Part shown: positions 18,439-27,364 of the stretch, one piece after another | How the letters are laid out: every line of letters begins with the position of its first letter | How positions within the stretch are numbered: the stretch's first letter is position 1 | Origin: a bacterium | Lineage (GTDB): Bacteria; Desulfobacterota; DSWW01 | Reading direction: 5' to 3' | Assembly (NCBI GenBank): GCA_040756235.1 | Contig: JBFLZG010000100.1 | Coordinates: forward strand, 1 to 53,841 | DNA length: 53,841 nt | Made by a program: the position numbers and the translations under genes | Notes under the pieces: generated by a model | What the model saw: only the letters and a program-made list of their open reading frames with translations | The model's database searches: none | Told to the model about the DNA's origin: nothing

Positions 18439-19509
18439 ATGGGAGAGGCGGCGACAATGGGACGGAAGCTTCGCCGGAAGGCTGCGTTCCTCGCGGCATT
18501 TATGGCATGCCTCCTCTTCTTCACCGCCCCCGCCAGTGCTCCCGGGGACGGTGCCGCAGTTCCGGCGGGCGCCATCGGTCCGGCGAACGGCGCCTCCGGG
18601 CCGGCGGCCTTCGTTCAGGCGGCCGTGCCTGCGGCCGTCTTCGATCTCCCGCTGCGGCCGTTTCACGCGCGCAAGGGCGAGGACCTCGTGCGCAAGACCG
18701 GCAAGGAGTGCCGGGACTGCCATGCGGGGCAGTACTATCCTCAGGGGGATTTCTTCGGCTGGGAAGCCGGCAAGAAATGGCGGCTTCACTGGATCCTGTT
18801 TTCGCTGGCCGGGTTCGTCGCCTTGAGCGGGGTATTCGCTTCCGCCTCCATCTGGTCGATGGGCAGGAGCCGGTCCCTGCACCACCCGGTGCGGTGGGCC
18901 GCGGCGGCCCGATCGTTTCTCTGGGAAGTGGTCCTGGGGCGCCGGATCTGGCGCCAGAGCCGACTCCGATGGGCCGTTTTCCTGCTCGTCTCCATGGGAT
19001 TCGTTTCCCTCGCGATCGTGTTCGCTGCGATGGTGGTGACGAGGTATCTGTTCGTCTCTTCCTTCTTTCTAACGGGCGCGGGCGGGCTCGTTCTGGATTT
19101 CCTGGCCGATCTGCTGGGTGTGGCGATCCTGGCCGGCTGCCTTCTGGCTCTCCTGAGGAGAGCGCTCGGCAGGGAGGTGCACCTCGAGACCGAAGGCGAG
19201 GACGTGGGGATTCTGCTGCTGCTCCTGTTCATCGTATTGACCGGCTTCTTCCTCGAGGCCGTCCGGCTCGCGGTGGTCGCTCCCGACCCGCGGACAGCTG
19301 CTTCCTTTGTCGGCTTTGCCGCGGCGCGCGCCCTCGGAGCCTGGGAACTGCCGTGGGTGCCGATCCGCTTCTACGTCTGGGTGCTGCACGCGGTGCTCGT
19401 ATTCGCGTTGTTCGCGGTTCTGCCATTTACCAAGCTCTTTCATGTGATCACCTGCCCGGTCTCGGTCCTGGCCACTGCCTCGGAGTCGAGCTACCGGGAG
19501 CGCCAGTAA
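18439..19509 (+). CDS. Monoheme cytochrome c fused to a NarI/DsrM/HdrE-like membrane domain
   Basis: Signal-like N-terminus, CRDCH, then RW..GF, ALLRR, LTGFFLEAVR, SFVG, LH..LPFTKLFH; start 18439 or 18457. Confidence 0.8.
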   Translation: MGEAATMGRKLRRKAAFLAAFMACLLFFTAPASAPGDGAAVPAGAIGPANGASGPAAFVQAAVPAAVFDLPLRPFHARKGEDLVRKTGKECRDCHAGQYYPQGDFFGWEAGKKWRLHWILFSLAGFVALSGVFASASIWSMGRSRSLHHPVRWAAAARSFLWEVVLGRRIWRQSRLRWAVFLLVSMGFVSLAIVFAAMVVTRYLFVSSFFLTGAGGLVLDFLADLLGVAILAGCLLALLRRALGREVHLETEGEDVGILLLLLFIVLTGFFLEAVRLAVVAPDPRTAASFVGFAAARALGAWELPWVPIRFYVWVLHAVLVFALFAVLPFTKLFHVITCPVSVLATASESSYRERQ

Positions 19510-19570
19510 GAACCGCGTCGGCAGGGTGGAACGATGCCATGATTCGCAAGCATGGAGACGCATTCACATT

Positions 19571-19594
19571 GTAGGGGCGACGCATGCGTCGCCC
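19571..19594 (+). repeat. GTAG-type REP-like palindrome
   Basis: GTAG followed by the perfect 20-bp palindrome GGGCGACGCATGCGTCGCCC; same GTAGGGGCGAC head at 33244 and, inverted, ending 33317. Confidence 0.8.
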
Positions 19595-19638
19595 GCATCA
19601 GCCGAAGATATTGGAGCCCGGTCGAAAAGGAGACGAGG

Positions 19639-21099
19639 TTGACGCCTCCCGAGGATAGGCAAAACGGTCCGGCCCCGGAGCCACCCGCCGGCGGTCAGGG
19701 CCCTGCTCCTGAGGCGCCCGGCCCTTCGACAGCCGGAGCCGCAGCGGGGACCGTGGCAGGAGAACCCGGTGCGGTAGGGAGTCCTGCCCCACAGGCGCCG
19801 GATGCCGAGCCCGCGTGCCCGCCCAGGATCCTGGTGGAAAACCTGAGCCCGCGCCAGCTCCTGGAGCTCGACGCCTGCACCCGCTGCAGCGAGTGCGTCA
19901 AGTGGTGCCCGGTCTACGCGCAGGATCCTAAGGAAGACCTGACGCCCAGATCCAAGGCCGTTGCCTTCCGCAAGATCCTCAGGGCCCAGGAGGGGATCCT
20001 TTCCGTGCTGGCGCCCCCCGAGTCCTGGCTGGGCCGCAGGCTGGAGCGCCCGCGCAGGCAGCAGGAACGGATCCGGAGGTTCATCCAGGGACTCTACGAG
20101 TGCAGCACCTGCGGCCAGTGCCACTTCGTCTGCCCGTCCCACCTCGACACGGTCGAGCTGTGGGAGGGGATCCGCAAGTCGATCGTCCGTGTCGGCCTGG
20201 GCCCGCTGGACAACCACAAGGCGCTCACCGCGAGCGTGAAATCCTACGACAACCCCTGGCAGCAGCCGCGCACCACCCGGGACAAGTGGGCCAAGCGGGC
20301 GCACAAGCAGAAGCAGATTGCGGCCGCGCCCAAGAGCCTGGGCAAGGAGAAAGCCGAGGTCCTGTACTTCGTCGGGTGCACGGCCTCCTTCGACGTGAAC
20401 ATCAAGGACGTGGCGGTCAACACGGTCAAGATGCTCCAGGCTTGCAGCGTGGATTTCGGCATCCTGGGCGTACAGGAGAAATGCTGCGGGAGCGTGCTCT
20501 TGAGGGTCGGGGACCCGGAGTACGAAAGGCTTGCCCGGGAAAACATCGATGCCTTCAACCGGCTCGGGATCGGAACGCTCGTGACGAGCTGCGCAGGCTG
20601 CTACAAGACGATCAGCCAGGATTACCCCAAGGTGGCGAAGATGAATTTCGAAGTCCTGCACATGGTGCAGTTCATCGACCGGCTGATCCAGGCGGGCAAG
20701 CTCCGGTTCCGGCACGAAGTCCCCATGAAGGTGACCTATCACGATCCCTGCCACCTGGGCCGCGCCTCCGGCATCTTCGATGCGCCCAGGCGGATCCTGC
20801 AGGCCATTCCCGGGATCGAGTTCGTGGAGATCGAGCGCCACCACGAGAACTCGCGCTGCTGCGGGGCCGGGGGCGGGCTCAAGGCCGGCTTTCCGGAGAT
20901 CCAGCAGAAGATGGCGCAAGCACGGGTCCGGGACGCAATGGCGACCGGCGCCACCGACTTCGTCACCGCCTGCCCGTTCTGCTACCAGGGCCTGCTCGTC
21001 GGGATCGCCGCTGAGGCTGCCCCGCTGCGCATGCGGGACATCACGGAGATCATCACCCGGGCTCTCGGCGTGGCCGACGAAGAAAAGGCCAAGACCTGA
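19639..21099 (+). CDS. HdrD/GlpC-like Fe-S protein (two 4Fe-4S motifs + two CCG domains)
   Basis: CTRCSECVKWCP, CSTCGQCHFVCP, YFVGC, EKCCG, TSCAGC, YHDPCH, RCCGAGGG, TACPFC; TTG start chosen after AAGGAG. Confidence 0.92.
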   Translation: MTPPEDRQNGPAPEPPAGGQGPAPEAPGPSTAGAAAGTVAGEPGAVGSPAPQAPDAEPACPPRILVENLSPRQLLELDACTRCSECVKWCPVYAQDPKEDLTPRSKAVAFRKILRAQEGILSVLAPPESWLGRRLERPRRQQERIRRFIQGLYECSTCGQCHFVCPSHLDTVELWEGIRKSIVRVGLGPLDNHKALTASVKSYDNPWQQPRTTRDKWAKRAHKQKQIAAAPKSLGKEKAEVLYFVGCTASFDVNIKDVAVNTVKMLQACSVDFGILGVQEKCCGSVLLRVGDPEYERLARENIDAFNRLGIGTLVTSCAGCYKTISQDYPKVAKMNFEVLHMVQFIDRLIQAGKLRFRHEVPMKVTYHDPCHLGRASGIFDAPRRILQAIPGIEFVEIERHHENSRCCGAGGGLKAGFPEIQQKMAQARVRDAMATGATDFVTACPFCYQGLLVGIAAEAAPLRMRDITEIITRALGVADEEKAKT

Positions 21100-21334
21100 A
21101 GGCACCCGCTGCGCCGTCCGCCCCGCTGGCGGCTCTCCCCCCGCCTACGCTCGCGGCCTGCGGCCGCGGTTGGTGGACTGGGAGGAGAACAGGCCGGAGC
21201 GTTTTGAGCCCGAGACGATCGAGGCGGGATCCCCACCGCACTCCCCGTCCGATGCGCTCGGGTCTGGTGGACACGACTGCCGACTTGTCCATCCCAACGA
21301 GTGCTCACGCCGCTCGCTCCGGGTCAGTGGGGGT

Positions 21335-21364
21335 TTGATAGGGAGATCCTCGATCCTGTAAGAT
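21335..21364 (+). promoter_or_regulatory. Putative sigma70 promoter
   Basis: TTGATA-N18-TAAGAT, ~50 bp upstream of ATG 21416. Confidence 0.4.
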
Positions 21365-21415
21365 ACTGGCCGATGCACCCGGGCAAGGACTCGCGTTTGC
21401 AGGAGAGGGCTCCCC

Positions 21416-21844
21416 ATGGGAAAAAAAGGATCGACTCCCGAAGAGGAAGAGAGGTTCGCGGACTCCACTTCGGTGAGGCGCCTGGATTTCTGGGTGCCCG
21501 AGGTGGTGAAGCGGGCGCTGCTGATCGGCGCGGGGACTCTGTTCCTGACCGAGGAGGGGATCCGTAAGACCCTGAGCGAGTTCAACCTGCCCAAGGACGT
21601 GGTGAGCTACCTGGCCAAGCAGAGCGAGAAGAGCGGGACCGAGCTGATCTCGGCCGTCCAGAGAGAGCTCCGCCGCTTCCTGTCGCACGTCGACATCACG
21701 GGGATGACCCGGGACATTCTGGACGGGGTCAGCCTGGAGATCCACACCAAGGTCACGCTCCGCACGAAGAAGGAGCAAGCCTCTGCGGGGCAAGAGGAAG
21801 GGACCGAGACCGCCCGCCGCAACAAGGATCGATCGAAGAAATAG
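21416..21844 (+). CDS. Hypothetical helical protein (possibly phasin-like)
   Basis: RBS aggagag; typical codon use; VKRALLIGAGTLFLTEE resembles phasin-like N-termini. Confidence 0.65.
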   Translation: MGKKGSTPEEEERFADSTSVRRLDFWVPEVVKRALLIGAGTLFLTEEGIRKTLSEFNLPKDVVSYLAKQSEKSGTELISAVQRELRRFLSHVDITGMTRDILDGVSLEIHTKVTLRTKKEQASAGQEEGTETARRNKDRSKK

Positions 21845-21944
21845 CCCAGCCGCCTCCAACCTCACAAGCCGGCCTTGCGCCGGGGCCTTGCCCGGGCTGG
21901 CGGTCGTTGCCCGTTCGGCCCGGCCATTCAAAGGGACAAGCACC

Positions 21945-22301
21945 GTGGCCGTCACCAAGCTCGTCATCATGGTTTCCGAGGGGCCCTACGCCTCCCTGAA
22001 GCCGTACACGGCGCTCCGGTACGCCAGGTCCGCAAAGAAAAGGGGCCTCGAGACCCGGGTCATCTTCGTTGCGGACGGCATCCTCTGCGTGAAGAGGGGA
22101 GTCGGCAGGGGCAGCAAGACCGTGGGCGACTTCGAGTCCAAAGTCCGAGGGCTCCTGGAGGAAGGGATCCTGGTGGAGGCCTGTAAGGCGCCGATGAGCC
22201 TGTACTCGCTCAGCCGGGAAGACCTGGTCGAAGGGGTGGGAGTGGCCGAGGACGTGATCGGGCACAGCCTCGACGAAGAGACGAGAGTCGTATGGCTCTG
22301 A
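21945..22301 (+). CDS. DsrE/TusD-like protein
   Basis: KLVIMVSEGPY..ALRYA..VIFVADGI..VEAC..DLVEGV; GTG start. Confidence 0.8.
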   Translation: MAVTKLVIMVSEGPYASLKPYTALRYARSAKKRGLETRVIFVADGILCVKRGVGRGSKTVGDFESKVRGLLEEGILVEACKAPMSLYSLSREDLVEGVGVAEDVIGHSLDEETRVVWL

Positions 22302-23911
22302 GGAGCGTTGCGGCGATCAAGGCGGACCTGCTTTCCCGAGGTCTCCGTCTGCCCGCGCAACCGCCCGCCGGCGGGCCGGCGCGCGTGCGCGGAGGAGGGG
22401 CCGGGCCGGCCGAGGGGATCACCCTTCTGCTGGAAGACACGCCGGCTTCTGTCCCGGTCGCCTCGCGGCACGTGCAGCACTCGCCGTTCCGTCTGGAGCC
22501 GGACCTCGGGTCCCCGGGCCGGTGGTCCCTCTTTCGAGAAGAAGAGAGGCTCGAGCTTCGGGTGTCCGTGCTTCCGGAGCCCGGCTTCTACCAGGGCCGG
22601 ACCGCCGACGGGATCGACTATCGGCAGATCGCTCTGCTGCACGGAGCGGATTGCCTCGCTTCGACCGTGCTCCAGACTTGCGCGTACTGGGGGACCGTCG
22701 AAGGCTGTCGTTTCTGCGGCATCGGGCTCTCCCTCCGCCGCGGCCAAACGGTCGCCGTCAAGCAAGCGCGCCATCTGGCCGAGGTCGCGCGCGCGGCCCG
22801 CGAGGAAGGGGCGGCTCACGTGACCCTGACCTCCGGGACCACCAGGGACCGCGCGCAGGAGGTCAGCCTGTCGCTGCAGGCGGCGCGGGCCGTGCGGCAG
22901 TCTTCCGGTCTGCCGGTTCACGTTCAGCTCATGCCGCCCCTCTCCAGGGCCCGCATGGAGCAGTTGCGGGACGCCGGGGTCGCGACGCTCGGCATTCATC
23001 TGGAATCTCTCGATCCGCGGGTGCTGGAAAGGGTGTCTCCCTGCAAGGCCGCGCTCTCCGCGGAGGCGTACGTCCGGGCCTGGAAGGACGCGGTTGCCGT
23101 GTTCGGACGAAATCAGGTGAGCACCTTCCTGCTCCTGGGCCTCGGCGAACGGGCAGCCGGCCTGCGGGAAGGTTGCCGCCGGATCGCCGAGCTGGGGGTC
23201 TATCCCTACCTCGTCCCTTTTCGTCCGATTCCGGGCACGCCGCTCGAGGACGCGAGGCCCGCGGACGTCGCGGCGGCCAGGGAAGTCTACGAGGAGGTCG
23301 CCGGGGTCCTCGATGAATACGGTCTCTACTGGAGGGACGCCGAGGCCGGGTGCGTGCGGTGCCGCGGCTGCTCCGCGCTGCCGGACTATCAGGACGCGCT
23401 TTTCCGCGGCCGGCGCGAAGGCGCGGGGGCCGACGACGCCGTCCTGGAGGTGGTCCGCTCCGGGCCGTCTCTGGAGGCGTGCTTTGCGATCCGCCGCGAG
23501 GTGTTCGTGCGGGAACAGGGATTTTTCGCGCAGACGGACCGGGACGATCTCGACGAATCATCCGTCCATATTCTGGCCCGGAGGGGAGACCAGGGCCTGG
23601 GAACGGTCCGGATCACGCCCGTGGGGGGCGGCCTTTGGCTCGGGAGCCGCCTGGCCGTGCTCCCGGCACACCGCGGCGGGTTGGGCGGACGCCTCGTCCG
23701 CAAAGCGGAGGAAGAGGTGCGGCGGCGAGGGGGGGAGCGCTTTGTCGCGTACATTCAACTGCCTCGGGTCGCTTTTTTCCGCAGGTGCGGGTGGCGCTGC
23801 CTGGAGGAAGTCCCGGATTACCACGGCAAGCCGCACGTGCTGATGGAGGCGCCGGGAGCGGGCGGTTCTGCAGGTTGCGTTCGGTCGGATCTCGCCTGTC
23901 TTTCGCATTGA
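22292..23911 (+). CDS. Radical SAM enzyme (MSMEG_0568/NitD-like) fused to a GNAT acetyltransferase (MSMEG_0567-N/NitE-like)
   Basis: GGAGP, IALLHGADCLASTVLQTC-x8-CRFCGIG, VFGRNQVST, GVYPYLVPFRPIPGT, AGCVRCRGCS; then IRREVFVREQG..TDRDDLD, GTVRI, WLGSRLAV, HGKPHVLM. Confidence 0.88.
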   Translation: MALRSVAAIKADLLSRGLRLPAQPPAGGPARVRGGGAGPAEGITLLLEDTPASVPVASRHVQHSPFRLEPDLGSPGRWSLFREEERLELRVSVLPEPGFYQGRTADGIDYRQIALLHGADCLASTVLQTCAYWGTVEGCRFCGIGLSLRRGQTVAVKQARHLAEVARAAREEGAAHVTLTSGTTRDRAQEVSLSLQAARAVRQSSGLPVHVQLMPPLSRARMEQLRDAGVATLGIHLESLDPRVLERVSPCKAALSAEAYVRAWKDAVAVFGRNQVSTFLLLGLGERAAGLREGCRRIAELGVYPYLVPFRPIPGTPLEDARPADVAAAREVYEEVAGVLDEYGLYWRDAEAGCVRCRGCSALPDYQDALFRGRREGAGADDAVLEVVRSGPSLEACFAIRREVFVREQGFFAQTDRDDLDESSVHILARRGDQGLGTVRITPVGGGLWLGSRLAVLPAHRGGLGGRLVRKAEEEVRRRGGERFVAYIQLPRVAFFRRCGWRCLEEVPDYHGKPHVLMEAPGAGGSAGCVRSDLACLSH

Positions 23912-23925
23912 GCGGAAAACGGAAG

Positions 23926-24966
23926 ATGATCAGGGAAGAAACTGCAGGTCTGCCGGAAGCGGGAGCCGGCGGCCGGAAGGTCCCCGGGCCCTCCGCTCTG
24001 GCCGAGCTGGTCCGGGAGCTCCTGAATTTTCCGGGGATCCGCAGGAAGGAAGCGATCGGCCCGGTGCTCCGGGCTCTGGAGAGCGTGACGGACTACGGGC
24101 GGACCGTCGTCGGCCCGGGCGACGACGCGGCCGTGCTCCGGCTCGAAGGCACAACCGGCCCTTATCTGCTGATGGCGGCCGACAGCATCGTTCCGGCCCT
24201 GATCGAAGCGGACCCTTACCGTGCGGGACGAGCCGCGGTCCTGGTCAATGCGAACGACATCTACGCCATGGGAGGAAGGCCGTTGGCTATGGTGAACGTC
24301 CTCGGCGGCGTCGTCCGGGAGCGGCAGGCAGAGATTTGCCGGGGCATGGCGGACGAGTGCCGGAGGCTTCGGGTCCCGATGGTGGGCGGCCACCTCGCGC
24401 CCGAGGAAGGCGGGGCGTTCCTGGCGGTGAGCGTCCTCGGGGAGGCCCGGGCCCTTCTCGTCGACAGCCGGGCAACGCCAGGCCAGGACGTCGTGCTCGC
24501 TCTGGATCTCAGGGGCGAACGCTGGGGCGACGCCATCCTCAATTGGGACTCCCATGCGGGCAAGGGGGCGGACACGCTGCTGGCAGACCTCGGGGTCCTC
24601 TGTTCCCTTGCGGAGCGAGGACTCTGCAGTGCCTGCAGGGACGTGAGCAACGCGGGCATCGTGGGCACCCTCGCCATGCTTCTGGAGCGAGCCGGCCTGG
24701 GCGCCCGGATCGACCTGGGCTCGATCGCCGTGCCGCCGCCGTTCGGTCTGGGCGATTGGTTGAGGGTCTATCCCAGCTTCGGCTTCGTGCTGGTCTCGGC
24801 TGCGGCCGGCCTGAGGGAGACGCTGCGCGCGTTCTCCGACCGCGGCATCTGGGCTGCAAGGATCGGCCGCACGGACGGCACGGGCCGGCTCCGTGTCTGC
24901 CTCGATGGGGAGGAGGCCGTCGCTTTCGATTTCTCCGTGGGGCGCATCCTGAACCCTTGCCCGTGA
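23926..24966 (+). CDS. AIR synthase (PurM)-related protein, sll0787/NitF or methanogenesis-marker-2-like
   Basis: GDDAAV, VLVNANDIYAMGGRPLAMVN, VPMVGGH, CRDVSNAGIVGTLAMLLE, WLRVYPSFGFV. Confidence 0.85.
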   Translation: MIREETAGLPEAGAGGRKVPGPSALAELVRELLNFPGIRRKEAIGPVLRALESVTDYGRTVVGPGDDAAVLRLEGTTGPYLLMAADSIVPALIEADPYRAGRAAVLVNANDIYAMGGRPLAMVNVLGGVVRERQAEICRGMADECRRLRVPMVGGHLAPEEGGAFLAVSVLGEARALLVDSRATPGQDVVLALDLRGERWGDAILNWDSHAGKGADTLLADLGVLCSLAERGLCSACRDVSNAGIVGTLAMLLERAGLGARIDLGSIAVPPPFGLGDWLRVYPSFGFVLVSAAAGLRETLRAFSDRGIWAARIGRTDGTGRLRVCLDGEEAVAFDFSVGRILNPCP

Positions 24967-24976
24967 GTGAACGAAC

Positions 24977-25978
24977 ATGCGGCTACCGCCGAATGCTCCC
25001 GCCATGCCCTCCTGGCTCGGCCAGGACCTGGAAGCGATCCGCCGGCTGATGCAAAGCGAGCTTCCGGCCCCGCTGCATCCGTTCATGCAGGGCCTGGGCT
25101 ACGATCTGCCGGGGCGTCACGATTTCCCCTTGCGGCCCTTTCTGCTGCTGTCTGCCGCGCGGCATTACGGCCGGAGCGGAGACCGGCCGATCCGGCTGGG
25201 CGCGGCGGTCCAGATGATCCACGTGGCCTCTCTCCTCCACGACCGCTTGGGGCAGACCCCTCCTGCCCCGGGCCCGGCCGACGATCCGAACGGAGCTGCG
25301 GCCGGGCACCGCCGTGAATCCACCGACATCCTCCTCGGAGATTATCTGTTCGCGAAAGCCTCGCAGGTCGTGGTCCGGGACGGCGACGAGTGCATCATCC
25401 GCGACATGATCCGGACGTCTGCCGAAAGCGCGGAAGCCAAGGCCCGAATCGTGGGCCTGGACGAGCCGGCGCTCGGCCTGGGGCCCAGGCATTGCTTCGA
25501 AGCCTGTGCCGAAAAGCTCTCCCTGCTGCTTTCCCTGAGCCTGCGAACGGGCGCCCTGCTCGGAGAGACCGTGCCGGAGGAGGTGCGGGCCCTGTCCGAA
25601 TACGGCCGCTTGCTGGGCAGGACCTTGCGGATATTCGACGACCTCCGTTTCTGGAAGCAGCCCGAGGAGGCAGACTCCTGCCCCGCGGCCGAGAGGGCTC
25701 TGGCCCACCCTCTCATCGTTCTCTGGGAAGAAGAGGGGAGAGAGGCCTGGGAAGGGGCCCGGCGGGAGCTGTCGCGTCCGGAGCGGACGGCTTTTGAGTC
25801 GCTGCGGGAGAGGCTGCTGAGAGGCGGCTGGCTGGAGGCGTCGGCCCGGGAAGCCGGCCGGGAGGCGGCGTCTGCGGCCGAACGGCTGGCGGACCTCGCG
25901 CCCACTCCCGAGAGGAATCTCCTGCAGGAGCTGGCCAGAAGAATAGGTGAAAGTGCAGTCTGGAGGTGCCTCGAATGA
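24977..25978 (+). CDS. Polyprenyl diphosphate synthase (IspB)-like protein with degenerate DDxxD motifs
   Basis: LRPFLLLLSAR, AAVQMIHVASLLHDR, ILLGDYLFAKA, YGRLLG..IFDDL. Confidence 0.8.
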   Translation: MRLPPNAPAMPSWLGQDLEAIRRLMQSELPAPLHPFMQGLGYDLPGRHDFPLRPFLLLSAARHYGRSGDRPIRLGAAVQMIHVASLLHDRLGQTPPAPGPADDPNGAAAGHRRESTDILLGDYLFAKASQVVVRDGDECIIRDMIRTSAESAEAKARIVGLDEPALGLGPRHCFEACAEKLSLLLSLSLRTGALLGETVPEEVRALSEYGRLLGRTLRIFDDLRFWKQPEEADSCPAAERALAHPLIVLWEEEGREAWEGARRELSRPERTAFESLRERLLRGGWLEASAREAGREAASAAERLADLAPTPERNLLQELARRIGESAVWRCLE

Positions 25979-26712
25979 GGGCCATGGTCCTTGCGGCCGG
26001 CAGGGGAGAACGCCTCCGGCCCTATACGGATCGCGTGCCGAAACCGATGATCCAGGTGGATGGAAAGCCGCTCATCCACTATACGCTCTCCTACCTGAGA
26101 AGCTCCGGGTTCAGGGAAGTCGTGGTCAATCTCCACCACCTCGGACACGTCATCCGCGATTACCTGGGAGACGGCTCGGCCTGGGGCCTCCGGATCCTGT
26201 ACTCGTTCGAGCGGGTCCTGCTCGGCACCGGCGGAGGCATCCAGAAGGCTGCGCCCTTCCTGGTCCAGGGGCCCTTCGTGGTCATGAACGCGGACATCCT
26301 CGTGGAGTTGGACCTGCGGGAGGTCCTGCAGTTCCACAGGGAGCGCCAGGCGGCGGTCACCATGGTCCTCAGGGAGGATCCGGAGGTGGAGCGGTTCGGT
26401 GCCATCGAGATCGATTCGCGAGGCCGGGTCAGGGAGTTCCTGGGAAAGCTCGGGGCACCGGGGGTGCGCCGCAGGCGGCTCATGTTCACCGGACTCCACG
26501 TCCTGGAGCCCGCGGTGTTCGCGTACATGCCTTCGGAGGTTCCGGCGTTCAGCATCACGGACGTCTACGTGGCCATGCTGAAGGCAGGGGAGCGGATCTT
26601 CGGTTACGAGATGAAAGGCTTCTGGACCGACCTCGGGACGCCGGAGCGCCTCCGCAGATTGGAGCGAATGGTGGCCACACAGGAGGTCCCGCTCCCCCGG
26701 CTCAGAGGCTGA
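25975..26712 (+). CDS. Nucleotidyltransferase (MurU / mannose-1-P guanylyltransferase-like)
   Basis: MRAMVLAAGRGERLRPYT..PKPM, LLGTGGGI, VMNADI, WTDLGTPE; ATGA overlap with upstream gene. Confidence 0.9.
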   Translation: MRAMVLAAGRGERLRPYTDRVPKPMIQVDGKPLIHYTLSYLRSSGFREVVVNLHHLGHVIRDYLGDGSAWGLRILYSFERVLLGTGGGIQKAAPFLVQGPFVVMNADILVELDLREVLQFHRERQAAVTMVLREDPEVERFGAIEIDSRGRVREFLGKLGAPGVRRRRLMFTGLHVLEPAVFAYMPSEVPAFSITDVYVAMLKAGERIFGYEMKGFWTDLGTPERLRRLERMVATQEVPLPRLRG

Positions 26713-26879
26713 CGATAAACGGCCATCTGCGGCGTCTGTTGCGAGCGAAGCGAAGCAATCCCCGCGCACAATCGTGAGACCGGCCAACGGTAGCCGTGGG
26801 TTTCCTCGTCGCTCAGGCTCCTCGGAACAGGCCTCAGAGCTTCGCCTGCCCTGCATCTGGCCATTTCTCACTAGCCTCT
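26704..26879. mobile_element. MITE-like element B (AGAGGCT..AGCCTCT)
   Basis: Colinear with 10748-10921 (ccatctgcgg, ctgttgcgagcgaagcgaagcaatcccc, ggtttcctcgtcgctcag, ctcctcggaacaggcctcag, tgcatctgg.catttct); its left end contains the upstream gene's TGA stop. Confidence 0.75.
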
Positions 26880-26933
26880 CGAAAGGGTGTTTTTCGGCAC
26901 CCTCCTCTTCGGAAGGGGCAGCAGCGAGCGGGA

Positions 26934-27344
26934 TCAGGAGTCGTTGGACGAGGATCCCGCCTGATGAAGAAAGGTCTTGACCTGCTTGCGCAGGTCCGTG
27001 CTCAGGTCGAGGAACGCCACGCCTGCCCGGAAGGCGAAGGGGCTTCCCGGCGGCGCCTTGTCATACCATACGACTCGGCCCTTGATGAGCAGAGGCTCCC
27101 CCTCCCTCGGCAGCTCGATTTCCAGCAGGCACTGCTCGAAGGCGAGTACGTCGGGTCGAAAGATGTGAAGACCGTTGTGCTCGACCGTGTTCGTCAGCAG
27201 GGAGATGCCGTGCCTCGAGATGTCGTAGAGCCGGCCGGTGTGGAACGTGGGAGGACCGGGGTCCGGGCGGGAAGGAAGGTAGATGCGGAAACGCAGGGGC
27301 AGGTCCAGCCGATGTCTGCTCGATTGGCGGCGTTCCTTGGACAC
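26934..27344 (-). CDS. PilZ-domain (c-di-GMP-binding) protein
   Basis: ERRQSSR (RxxxR), DISRHG (DxSxxG), KGRVVW, AGVAF. Confidence 0.88.
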   Translation of the reverse strand: MSKERRQSSRHRLDLPLRFRIYLPSRPDPGPPTFHTGRLYDISRHGISLLTNTVEHNGLHIFRPDVLAFEQCLLEIELPREGEPLLIKGRVVWYDKAPPGSPFAFRAGVAFLDLSTDLRKQVKTFLHQAGSSSNDS

Positions 27345-27364
27345 TCCGATGTTTCCTTTTCTGC

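Noticed and set aside
19552..19638. N-terminal extension of the HdrD-like ORF (similar extensions on gatC, gatA, thiL, HD and GT-B ORFs)
   Set aside because: It reads through a REP or intergenic DNA; downstream starts with an RBS or family-typical N-termini fit better.
21100..21415. 316-bp GC-rich intergenic region as an ncRNA or riboswitch
   Set aside because: No recognisable RNA family motif; an Rfam/Infernal search would be needed.
23926..24966. AIRS-like gene as selD, or its terminal CP-TGA as selenocysteine
   Set aside because: It lacks the SelD N-terminal C/U-x-x-K motif; the protein is complete at the stop and the next gene starts 10 nt later.
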